The notes under the pieces: generated by a model
What the model was told of the DNA's origin: nothing
The model's input: only the letters and a program-made list of their open reading frames with translations
The model's database searches: none
Part shown: positions 38,784 to 47,278 of the stretch, one piece after another
Numbering within the stretch: position 1 is the stretch's first letter
How the letters are laid out: the number at the start of each line of letters is the position of its first letter
Source of the DNA: Geopsychrobacteraceae bacterium
Lineage (GTDB): Bacteria > Desulfobacterota > Desulfuromonadia > Desulfuromonadales > Geopsychrobacteraceae
Assembly (NCBI GenBank): GCA_963662315.1
Contig: OY759353.1
Coordinates: 4,160,001 to 4,224,000, forward strand
DNA length: 64,000 nt
Direction of reading: 5' to 3'
Position numbers and translations under genes: made by a program

Positions 38784-40606
38784 GCAATAGTTACCTCCAA
38801 CTGCGACGAATAGCCTTTTCCGGTCCCAAGAAGACAGTCGAGATGGCATTCTCGAACGGTGTAAATGTGATTTGTGGCGCGTCTGACACAGGGAAGTCGT
38901 TCCTCGCTGAATCGATTGATTTCATGCTTGGAGGGTCTGAACTAAGGGATATTCCGGAGCGAACCCCGTTCGGTGAAGTCCAATTAGATCTTGATGTGAC
39001 CTCCGGCGAGAAATGGCGGTTCTATCGTGCAAGCTCTGGCGGAAACTTCAAGGTCCAAAATTTGCTTGATGAGGAAGCCGAAGTTGAAGTTCTTAGAAAA
39101 AATCATGGTCATGGAAAAACCGAGAATATGTCGGGATTACTTCTCGATAAAATCGGGCTTCTTGGAAAACGCATATTGCGAAGCAAGAAGAATGGTACGA
39201 CGCAGAGTTTAAGTTTCAGAAATCTGGCAAGACTTGCCGTTGTCCAGGAAGGCGAGATTCAGCAAAGCGGCTCGCCCTTCTGGGGTGGTCAATACACTTT
39301 GAAAACTGCCGAGTTGGCGACCATTAAACTCCTTCTTACGGGCGTTGATGACTCCGATGTTGTTGAGACAACGCGGGCTGGAACAGATAGAACGAAACAA
39401 ATCGAGCTGATCGATGAACTACTCTCCGATATCAGACAGGACCTTGCCGATGTTGGTGAAGAAGAGGCAGACCTTAAAGAGCAGATTGATCGCCTTGACG
39501 GGACTATCGAGCAGCGCAGGGAAACTCTCAATAATGTTCAGTCGCACCTCGATTCGCTTTTGGCGCAACGGCGGGAACTTGTGGATGTCCGAACGGCGAT
39601 TCAAGACCGACTGGACGAGATTGCGGATCTGTTGACGAGATTTGATCTGCTCCTGGAGCATTATGCAGTCGATATTGAACGTCTAACAGCAATCCAGGAA
39701 AGCGGAGCGATGTTTGCTCATGTGGAATCGGTTCCGTGCCCTCTCTGCGGAGCATCACCGGAAGCACAACAACATGATGCTGCCTGCGATGGGGACGTTG
39801 AAGCGATCGTTCAGGCGGCTTCCGCAGAGATCGAGAAAATAGCGCGGCTTAAAGGCGAACTCCAAAGGACTGTTACTGATTTAAAGACCGAGGCAGTTTC
39901 TAAAGAACTAGAGCTATCAAATAAGAATGAAGAGTATGGGAATGTTAATACCCAGATTCAGGAAACCGTTGCACCGACAGTGAGTGAAGAAAGGGCGTCC
40001 TTCACTGAGCTTATTGAAAAGCGGGTCGAGGTACAAAAAGGGCTCGATCTTTACGCGAGAGTGTCAAAGCTTGAAGAACGCAAGATGTCTTTAGTGCAGG
40101 ATGAAGGCGAAGAAGGTGTGTCTGTTGCTATCGTTTCCGGTCTGCCTGATTCTGTTGCGCATGACTTTTCACTTAGAGTTTCAAAATTGCTGAAGGCATG
40201 GGATTTCCCCGGTGACTGCCTTGTACATTTTGACAAGGAAACTACCGATTTTGTTATCGATGGAAAGCCGCGAGGAAGCAGGGGCAAAGGGCTTCGCGCG
40301 ATTACACACTCAGCGGTAACGATCGCATTATTGGAGTATTGCCTGGAAAACGATCTGCCGCATCCTGGCTTTGTTGTCCTGGACTCCCCGCTTTTAGCTT
40401 ATTTCAAGCCGGAAGGCGACGAAGATCAGCAGCTACAGGGCACAAATTTGAAAGAGAGCTTTTATTCTTATCTTGTCGATCACCATAGTACCGATAGCCA
40501 GATCGTAATTGTCGAAAACCAGCATCCACCCGATTCAGTATTGGATGGTCTGAAAATGACTGTGTTTACCGGCAATCCAAATGAAGGTCGTAATGGCTTT
40601 CTGTAG
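38780..40606 (+). CDS. SMC/Rad50-like ABC ATPase (LmuB-like)
   Basis: Walker A GASDTGKS, coiled coil with CPLC hook, signature variant SRGKG, Walker B VVLDSP. Confidence 0.85.
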   Translation: MSNSYLQLRRIAFSGPKKTVEMAFSNGVNVICGASDTGKSFLAESIDFMLGGSELRDIPERTPFGEVQLDLDVTSGEKWRFYRASSGGNFKVQNLLDEEAEVEVLRKNHGHGKTENMSGLLLDKIGLLGKRILRSKKNGTTQSLSFRNLARLAVVQEGEIQQSGSPFWGGQYTLKTAELATIKLLLTGVDDSDVVETTRAGTDRTKQIELIDELLSDIRQDLADVGEEEADLKEQIDRLDGTIEQRRETLNNVQSHLDSLLAQRRELVDVRTAIQDRLDEIADLLTRFDLLLEHYAVDIERLTAIQESGAMFAHVESVPCPLCGASPEAQQHDAACDGDVEAIVQAASAEIEKIARLKGELQRTVTDLKTEAVSKELELSNKNEEYGNVNTQIQETVAPTVSEERASFTELIEKRVEVQKGLDLYARVSKLEERKMSLVQDEGEEGVSVAIVSGLPDSVAHDFSLRVSKLLKAWDFPGDCLVHFDKETTDFVIDGKPRGSRGKGLRAITHSAVTIALLEYCLENDLPHPGFVVLDSPLLAYFKPEGDEDQQLQGTNLKESFYSYLVDHHSTDSQIVIVENQHPPDSVLDGLKMTVFTGNPNEGRNGFL

Positions 40607-40742
40607 GTTATTAGTGCGGGGTGATTAGGTCGCGGGGGCGGGCCTAGCTAACTGTCCAATTTGTAAAAGAAATTAAGCCATAAAAGGGCAATTATTACGC
40701 TTAAACACGCTATTTTTACCTAAAAATAAAGGGGGGAACGAA

Positions 40743-40895
40743 ATGCCACGCGCAAATCGTTATTTTTTGGCTGGCTATGTCTGGCACGTCACTTATCGAT
40801 GTCACAAGCAGGATTTCCGATTTCCTGCTTAAATTTGCAATTGATCGAACAGCATGGATTCATTGGCATTTTAGCGGAGAAAACCATGCCCTAAG
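40743..40895 (+). pseudogene. 5' remnant of a RAYT transposase
   Basis: MPRANRYFLAGYVWHVTYRCHKQDF, then frameshift to LLKFA. Confidence 0.65.
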
Positions 40896-41159
40896 GTAAA
40901 AAAGGTGGTTTTTTTTACTTTATTTCATCATAAAAACAGATGGTTATCTTGGTCCGACCCCAAACAGACCTTCGGCAGGAAGCATATGAAAACATACATC
41001 GACGTATCTATCGTATCTCGCTACGAAGACCAAGGAAAAACTAGGGACATCCATGATAAGTAAAGTCAAGGGGAAAGCGGAGGTTTCCCTTTACCTCGCG
41101 GGCCTACTCCCGGTGGCGACTCTGTTTTTCCTTGTCCTTTGCATCCTTCGATCTTTTTA

Positions 41160-41345
41160 ATCTATTCTTTTGGTCCGCTAAATCAGCGACCAGACATCCA
41201 TGTGCTGTCTCCGGGATATCATCCCTTCACAGAAGATTGAGTTTGGGCCAACCCGCCAGCCTTGAAACACTCCCAATGTCGTGCAGCGAAGCTCACGTAG
41301 TCCCTAGTCCGCAAGGCCCGGCGGGAAGATCGTTTGATGTAAAGA
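41160..41345 (-). ncRNA. Predicted bridge/seek RNA of the IS110 element (also at +2031 and +6230)
   Basis: Internal loop carrying ACUAGGGAC and GGGAGUGU (target match); second loop carrying CAAAC and CAUGGAUGU (donor junction match); RNA ends are approximate. Confidence 0.8.
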
Positions 41346-41364
41346 GTATCTGTTTTTCTCCAAC

Positions 41365-42393
41365 TCAGGCGACCTGAGATTGTCTCTCCTCAAAAGCTGT
41401 ACCACGTCGATCAACGGCCAACAGATATTCAACCAGCTTGCGTGCAACAGCTAAAGTGGCTCGGTTGCGATTGCCTTTGGTCAACTCTTTTTCATGCAAT
41501 TCCGCCAGTTGAATATTCCATCGTGGGGCTAGCTTAGCGGCTTCAATGAGCATGGTCTGCAGGTGCTTGTTGCGTTTTTTGGAGAGTGGCCCTCGTTGAT
41601 CTTTCCCGGCCGATTCCCGTTGTGCACTGCAGAGTCCGCAATAGCTGATGGCTTCCCGACTGGAGGGAAAGCGGGTTGGATCACCGATCTCCAACACCCA
41701 GGTCAAAGCCATAATTTCTCCAACCCCGGCAATGCTCATCAAAAGCTCAACTCTCTGCCGAATCAGTTCATTTTCCCGGAGAGTCCGAACCAATTTCTTC
41801 TGGATGGCGGTAAACAGCTCTAGATTACTGCGGCTCAGTTGTAACAGCTCTTTGACCGAATCGGGCACATCGCCTACCCGCTCCATCAGTTGATTGAAGT
41901 ATTTGCTCCCATACAACCGTTTTTTGTCGTAGGTCGCGCCGACTTCCATCATTAATCCGGCCATTTTATTTTTCATTTGCACTGCCGTGCGGACCACCAT
42001 ATTCCGATAACGAAGAATACGCCGTAATTCCCGGAGCTCTTCGGACATCATGGTGCATTCGGGCAGAAGATTGACTCGTAGAAGATCCGCCAGCTTTTCA
42101 GCATCTGCCCGGTCATTTTTCTTCTTTGCCGCAGTAATCGCCTTGAGCATTTCCGGATGAGCAACCTTCAGCTCAATCGCGTGTGGTTTGAGAAAATCGT
42201 AAATCCAGCCAGTGAACAGTGTCGCTTCCATAGCCCCCATCCAGGGGCCAGGCAAGGCCGATAGCCACGTCCGAAGAGCCCTGCGCTCAGTTCCAACGAT
42301 CCCTTGATCAATCATTTTGCCGCTCATGTTCTTGATGCAATAGGCGATGGTTTTCTTGTGGACGTCCAGGCCAATGTAGTGAATACTTTCCAT
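41365..42393 (-). CDS. IS110-family DEDD recombinase/transposase
   Basis: YIGLDVHK, MEAT, KKNDRADA, IAGVG, YCGL...RESAG, LAVARKL. Confidence 0.95.
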   Translation of the reverse strand: MESIHYIGLDVHKKTIAYCIKNMSGKMIDQGIVGTERRALRTWLSALPGPWMGAMEATLFTGWIYDFLKPHAIELKVAHPEMLKAITAAKKKNDRADAEKLADLLRVNLLPECTMMSEELRELRRILRYRNMVVRTAVQMKNKMAGLMMEVGATYDKKRLYGSKYFNQLMERVGDVPDSVKELLQLSRSNLELFTAIQKKLVRTLRENELIRQRVELLMSIAGVGEIMALTWVLEIGDPTRFPSSREAISYCGLCSAQRESAGKDQRGPLSKKRNKHLQTMLIEAAKLAPRWNIQLAELHEKELTKGNRNRATLAVARKLVEYLLAVDRRGTAFEERQSQVA

Positions 42394-42518
42394 GGAAGCC
42401 TCCTTTTGGGTCTGACTCGGGGCGATGAATTCGACCCCGCCTGTTCATATTATGAACTGTCCGCCATCTGGAGGCTTCCTCTTTCGTTACTTATGCATTC
42501 AAACACTTCCCCTATTTA

Positions 42519-42848
42519 TGGATCGTAGTACGGTACATTGAACGTAATCCGATCAAGGTTGGTCTGGTGGGCTATGCCGAGGATTATCGTTGGTCCAGCG
42601 CCAAAGCCCATCTGACACAGGCTCAAGATGATCTTTTACAGGAGCCGTCCTGGTTGGACGCAACAGACAGAAGCCGGTATGCCGCATTCATTCTGAACAG
42701 CGATGAGGACGCGGAAGCCAAGCTGCGTAGCGCCACCCGCACCGGTCGCCCGTTCGGTTCGGAGAACTTTATTGACAATATGGAATATCAGTTGAATGCC
42801 ACATTGAGACCCCGTAGGCCGGGGAGACCTGGAAAAACTGGGGAGTGA
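42519..42848 (+). pseudogene. 3' half of RAYT (internally deleted derivative)
   Basis: Near-identical to about 49130-49430 (RYIERNP...RPFGSE). Confidence 0.85.
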
Positions 42849-42860
42849 CCCGGTTTTTCC
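42831..42860. repeat. RAYT-associated REP-like palindrome
   Basis: GGAAAAACTGGG-GAGTGA-CCCGGTTTTTCC. Confidence 0.75.
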
Positions 42861-43079
42861 AAGGACGAAACGGTGGGCAGCGAGATGGCCGCCATGATCG
42901 TCAACTAAACCACGTTGACCTGCTGCTGATTGAGCTTTAACTTCTGCAGGACTTCGCTTAGCACCTTTAAAATATTCTTTTAAAGTTCCTGAAGATTCGA
43001 GAGGTAGTCCATTCGAATCAGCCACCCACTGAACATTGTTTTTACCAACAGTGCTTTTAATAACATTACTGTTTGGAAC
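42861..43079 (-). pseudogene. Fragment of a DNA/RNA non-specific endonuclease toxin domain
   Basis: ...GTLKEYFKGAKRS...DDHGGHLAAHRF (DxGHL motif); truncated at both ends. Confidence 0.7.
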
Positions 43080-44535
43080 ATCCATGATAAGTAAAGTCAA
43101 GGGGAAAGCGGAGGTTTCCCTTTACCTCGCGGGCCTACTCCCGGTGGCGACTCTGTTTTTCCTTGTCCTTTGCATCCTTCGATCTTTTTAATCTATTCTT
43201 TTGGTCCGCTAAATCAGCGACCAGACATCCATGTGCTGTCTCCGGGATATCATCCCTTCACAGAAGATTGAGTTTGGGCCAACCCGCCAGCCTTGAAACA
43301 CTCCCAATGTCGTGCAGCGAAGCTCACGTAGTCCCTAGTCCGCAAGGCCCGGCGGGAAGATCGTTTGATGTAAAGAGTATCTGTTTTTCTCCAACTCAGG
43401 CGACCTGAGATTGTCTCTCCTCAAAAGCTGTACCACGTCGATCAACGGCCAACAGATATTCAACCAGCTTGCGTGCAACAGCTAAAGTGGCTCGGTTGCG
43501 ATTGCCTTTGGTCAACTCTTTTTCATGCAATTCCGCCAGTTGAATATTCCATCGTGGGGCTAGCTTAGCGGCTTCAATGAGCATGGTCTGCAGGTGCTTG
43601 TTGCGTTTTTTGGAGAGTGGCCCTCGTTGATCTTTCCCGGCCGATTCCCGTTGTGCACTGCAGAGTCCGCAATAGCTGATGGCTTCCCGACTGGAGGGAA
43701 AGCGGGTTGGATCACCGATCTCCAACACCCAGGTCAAAGCCATAATTTCTCCAACCCCGGCAATGCTCATCAAAAGCTCAACTCTCTGCCGAATCAGTTC
43801 ATTTTCCCGGAGAGTCCGAACCAATTTCTTCTGGATGGCGGTAAACAGCTCTAGATTACTGCGGCTCAGTTGTAACAGCTCTTTGACCGAATCGGGCACA
43901 TCGCCTACCCGCTCCATCAGTTGATTGAAGTATTTGCTCCCATACAACCGTTTTTTGTCGTAGGTCGCGCCGACTTCCATCATTAATCCGGCCATTTTAT
44001 TTTTCATTTGCACTGCCGTGCGGACCACCATATTCCGATAACGAAGAATACGCCGTAATTCCCGGAGCTCTTCGGACATCATGGTGCATTCGGGCAGAAG
44101 ATTGACTCGTAGAAGATCCGCCAGCTTTTCAGCATCTGCCCGGTCATTTTTCTTCTTTGCCGCAGTAATCGCCTTGAGCATTTCCGGATGAGCAACCTTC
44201 AGCTCAATCGCGTGTGGTTTGAGAAAATCGTAAATCCAGCCAGTGAACAGTGTCGCTTCCATAGCCCCCATCCAGGGGCCAGGCAAGGCCGATAGCCACG
44301 TCCGAAGAGCCCTGCGCTCAGTTCCAACGATCCCTTGATCAATCATTTTGCCGCTCATGTTCTTGATGCAATAGGCGATGGTTTTCTTGTGGACGTCCAG
44401 GCCAATGTAGTGAATACTTTCCATGGAAGCCTCCTTTTGGGTCTGACTCGGGGCGATGAATTCGACCCCGCCTGTTCATATTATGAACTGTCCGCCATCT
44501 GGAGGCTTCCTCTTTCGTTACTTATGCATTCAAAC
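43080..44535 (-). mobile_element. IS110-family element, copy 2
   Basis: Matches copy 1 (offset 2031). Confidence 0.92.
43396..44424 (-). CDS. IS110-family recombinase
   Basis: Protein identical to copy 1. Confidence 0.95.
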   Translation of the reverse strand: MESIHYIGLDVHKKTIAYCIKNMSGKMIDQGIVGTERRALRTWLSALPGPWMGAMEATLFTGWIYDFLKPHAIELKVAHPEMLKAITAAKKKNDRADAEKLADLLRVNLLPECTMMSEELRELRRILRYRNMVVRTAVQMKNKMAGLMMEVGATYDKKRLYGSKYFNQLMERVGDVPDSVKELLQLSRSNLELFTAIQKKLVRTLRENELIRQRVELLMSIAGVGEIMALTWVLEIGDPTRFPSSREAISYCGLCSAQRESAGKDQRGPLSKKRNKHLQTMLIEAAKLAPRWNIQLAELHEKELTKGNRNRATLAVARKLVEYLLAVDRRGTAFEERQSQVA

Positions 44536-44549
44536 ACTTCCCCTATTTA

Positions 44550-44885
44550 TGGATCGTAGCACGGTACATTGAACGTAATCCGATCAAGGTTGGTCTGGTG
44601 GGCTATGCCGAGGATTATCGTTGGTCCAGCGCCAAAGCCCATCTGACACAGGCTCAAGATGATCTTTTACAGGAGCCGTCCTGGTTGGATGCAACAGACA
44701 GAAGCCGGTATGCCGCATTCATTCTGAACAGCGATGAGGACGCGGAAGCCAAGCTGCGTAGCGCCACCCGTACCGGTCGCCCGTTCGGTTCGGAGAACTT
44801 TATTGACAATATGGAATATCCGTTGAATGCCACATTGAGACCCCGTAGGCCGGGGAGACCTGGAAAAACTGGGGAGCGTCCCTAG
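44550..44885 (+). pseudogene. 3' half of RAYT (second deleted derivative)
   Basis: Near-identical to 42519-42848; ends RPGKTGERP*. Confidence 0.85.
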
Positions 44886-44890
44886 TTTTT
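44864..44890. repeat. RAYT-associated palindrome and empty IS110 target
   Basis: AAAAACTGGGGA-GCG-TCCCTAGTTTTT. Confidence 0.8.
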
Positions 44891-44899
44891 CTCCGCTCA

Positions 44900-45101
44900 T
44901 GCTGGTGCGTTCAAATGCATCCAGCCACGCATCACGTTGTTCTGAGCTGGTAGGCTCACGACGACCGAGGGTATCGGTCTTGAGAATTGTCAGGCCATTG
45001 CGGCCATGCCATCAGAAGAGCAGCGGATCATTCAAGAACTGCTCGAAGGGATGATTATTAAATATGAGGCTGAAAGGTGGTCATCAAAAGCTAAAAGATA
45101 A
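44900..45101 (+). pseudogene. Remnant of an XRE-like regulator
   Basis: C-terminal QAIAAMPSEEQRIIQELLEGMIIKYEAERW*; upstream frame disrupted. Confidence 0.45.
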
Positions 45102-45130
45102 AACGCTGCAATCATTTGCCACGCTTTATC

Positions 45131-45490
45131 TTAATAAGGAAAGTTCGGTTCTATTTCGTAGCGAATAGATAATTTATCAAATGTTTTTCGAGCTTCATTT
45201 ATTGCTAATGCTTCATCTTCTACAACCAACGGCCTATCTTCCTGAGACATCTTCTTCGCTTGTAAAAAATTAACATTAGCAACCTCAGAAACAGCTTTAA
45301 GTTGCTCCTTGTTTTTTGAGTCAGCGGATAACAAATACATTTTGTATTTTGTTATATCCTGAGCGATCTCAGAAATTCGAGTAGTCACTAGCGCCCAATC
45401 ACATTGGGTACAGAAAAAGCCTTCTGTGCTGCCTTCTACACGATATTCAGTATCTGCCCCACACTCTTCGCATTTTTTTATATCACTCAT
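45131..45490 (-). CDS. Putative immunity protein for toxin 1 (N-terminal CxxC...CxxC)
   Basis: Starts 13 bp after the toxin 1 stop; AT-rich. Confidence 0.7.
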   Translation of the reverse strand: MSDIKKCEECGADTEYRVEGSTEGFFCTQCDWALVTTRISEIAQDITKYKMYLLSADSKNKEQLKAVSEVANVNFLQAKKMSQEDRPLVVEDEALAINEARKTFDKLSIRYEIEPNFPY

Positions 45491-45503
45491 AAATCACTCC
45501 TTC

Positions 45504-46673
45504 CTACTGGCTTTTCTTTGGTAGAAAAGTCTTTATCTCGCCAAGGCTATTTAGGTTTGGTTGCCCATTTGGTGCCTTTGGTGCAACCAAGGTTTTTCCA
45601 TTCGGATAAGCCCAAAGCAGGTCCGTAGGAGCCTGAACCTCAACATTTAATTTATTAGCAAGATTTTGGGCGAAGCCTGTATCACAAGCACCAGTGCTAC
45701 ATGAGAACAATCGAATATTTTGCCCGTTGTAACCAGGCTGCTGCTCAATCAAACGAGAAGCCGTTCGATGATCAACTAACTCAGGACCGTTTGGAGTTTC
45801 TATTTGAATTTTATTAGGTGAGCCATGCGCAACAACATCAAAATATCCATCGGGATCAACATCAGGGCGCTTGGACGCGTTTAGGTAAAAACGGTCTGAA
45901 CCTTTCATAAAGTTAACAGGCCCTGGAGCAGCGCTGTATAGATTAACTTTTGGGTTTGGAACCACTCTTCCGCCAGCAGATGATACTACAGCCCCTCTCG
46001 AAAGTCCAAGCCCAGATCTCAAACCACCAGCGGTCAACGCTGTGCCAACAACGTCATTTGTCTCAGCAGGCGTCTGAGAAAGTCGTATGCTGTAGGTACT
46101 TGCAAAGTCAGTTTGCTTAAATGCAGTAGCCTCTTGCAATACGTGATCGCCTCTTTCGGCCTCCTCAGGCCTTGCCGTCACCTGCTTCTGGCCCAAAAAC
46201 TTGCGTCTGCTACCTTCGGTTCTGCTCTCAAAACCTTGGTTGACCACCGCTTTGGCTGTGCTGCTTTGCAAAGAGCTCTGCTGGCTGTGGGTTTGTGGGA
46301 CCATGCTTTTACTGTAAGCAGATGAGACTATTCCCTGCAGGTTTGCATATTGGTTTATTCCTGACAGGCTGGCGACCCAGCGGCCTTTTTGGGGATTGTT
46401 CGGGTAGTCAGGGTCCTGCTGCCAGTAGACGACCCCCAAGAAGGGGAGCTTCATAGAGTAGACGAGGCAGACTTCCATCTTGTCAATTTTTTTTAGCAGC
46501 TCATCAAGCCCCTGTTGATAATGGCGCCACTGGACAGGAACGAATTCGTTTAGATTATGAATGCTGGTAAAACCGCCACAATAGGCGTCACGGACATCGT
46601 TTTTAGCGAAAAATGGATTGGAAATATACGGCAGGTCAGCAACCGTAATATCTCTGGCAGCAACAAGTCTCAT
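45504..46673 (-). CDS. Polymorphic toxin 1: shared N-terminal domain plus caspase/CPD-like cysteine peptidase tip
   Basis: N-terminus shared with two paralogs; C-terminal VVAHG...IRLFSCSTG..FAQNLA...V.AP His/Cys motif. Confidence 0.78.
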   Translation of the reverse strand: MRLVAARDITVADLPYISNPFFAKNDVRDAYCGGFTSIHNLNEFVPVQWRHYQQGLDELLKKIDKMEVCLVYSMKLPFLGVVYWQQDPDYPNNPQKGRWVASLSGINQYANLQGIVSSAYSKSMVPQTHSQQSSLQSSTAKAVVNQGFESRTEGSRRKFLGQKQVTARPEEAERGDHVLQEATAFKQTDFASTYSIRLSQTPAETNDVVGTALTAGGLRSGLGLSRGAVVSSAGGRVVPNPKVNLYSAAPGPVNFMKGSDRFYLNASKRPDVDPDGYFDVVAHGSPNKIQIETPNGPELVDHRTASRLIEQQPGYNGQNIRLFSCSTGACDTGFAQNLANKLNVEVQAPTDLLWAYPNGKTLVAPKAPNGQPNLNSLGEIKTFLPKKSQ

Positions 46674-46744
46674 CGGTATCCCCCCTCAAGGATAAAATAA
46701 GTTGCTATAAGAAATAACTATCTGGAAAGTTTTAATGAGAGGGG

Positions 46745-46772
46745 AGGATAGCGTTTTTTTAGCTTGAGTCAA
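46745..46772 (-). promoter_or_regulatory. Sigma70-like promoter of toxin 1 (same boxes at 51007-51034 and 53170-53197)
   Basis: TTGACT-N16-TATCCT, plus GAGGGGG RBS in the conserved leader. Confidence 0.55.
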
Positions 46773-46850
46773 GATATTTAGCAGGAGTTTTAAGGGCGGT
46801 CTTCTTGGCTCGGTATGAAATTGTGGAATCCATCTGCTGAAAATTACTTC

Positions 46851-46926
46851 AAAACCGCCGGGTCCCGGCCCGGCAGCCGGATTCATTTTTTTTTCAGCGA
46901 TGAAAAAACGAATCAAAAAAATCTTT
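46851..46926 (+). repeat. Partial structured-repeat copy upstream of toxin 1
   Basis: AAAACCGCCGGGTCCCGGCCCGGCAGCCGGATTCATTTTTT...GAATCAAAAAAATCTTT. Confidence 0.85.
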
Positions 46927-47079
46927 TTGGAAACACTGACGAAAGCCGGAATTGCATATGCTTTGTGCGTAATCACGGTGGGAACACAGGCACCCCAATG
47001 GGCAAGGGGCCAGCGCCATTCGGGACACAATACCAATTTTAGGAACTAAGTCTTATGTCCCCGGAATTAACCTGATCTT

Positions 47080-47267
47080 TCAAACTCCCTCTTCGACTTT
47101 TTTGAAGAATTGATCGCGAAATTCAGCTGGTGATACACCATACATTCTTTTAAATTGCCTATAAAAGTTGGGTAAACTTGAAAAACCGCTCTGAAATGCT
47201 GCCTCGGCAATACCTTCACCTGTTGAGGAAAGAATTATTCCGGCTTTTTGGAGGCGTCGGATATTGA
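47080..47267 (-). pseudogene. 3' fragment of an AraC regulator (duplicate of 54835-55022)
   Basis: Near-identical DNA; truncated at the AAAACTAGGGAC palindrome. Confidence 0.88.
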
Positions 47268-47278
47268 AAACTAGGGAC

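Larger units (their letters stand above)
41049..42504 (-). mobile_element. IS110-family element (IS1111-like), copy 1
   Basis: Matches copies 2 and 3 between repeated AC(A) cores; subterminal IR ATG(C)ATAAGTAA; long 3' non-coding end. Confidence 0.92.

Noticed and set aside
41049..41075. IS circle-junction promoter TTGACT-N17-TTGAAT
   Set aside because: Plausible, but the -10 lacks the conserved A; not listed as a feature
41132..41377. 81-aa ORF repeated three times
   Set aside because: Lies antisense in the IS110 non-coding end; better explained by the bridge RNA
42636..43100. 154-aa ORF as an intact gene
   Set aside because: Chimera of IS end, nuclease fragment and antisense RAYT
46686..47036. 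ORFs containing MNPAAGPGPGG (also 50948, 57035, 57458)
   Set aside because: Translations of the DNA repeat; frames and ends are not conserved
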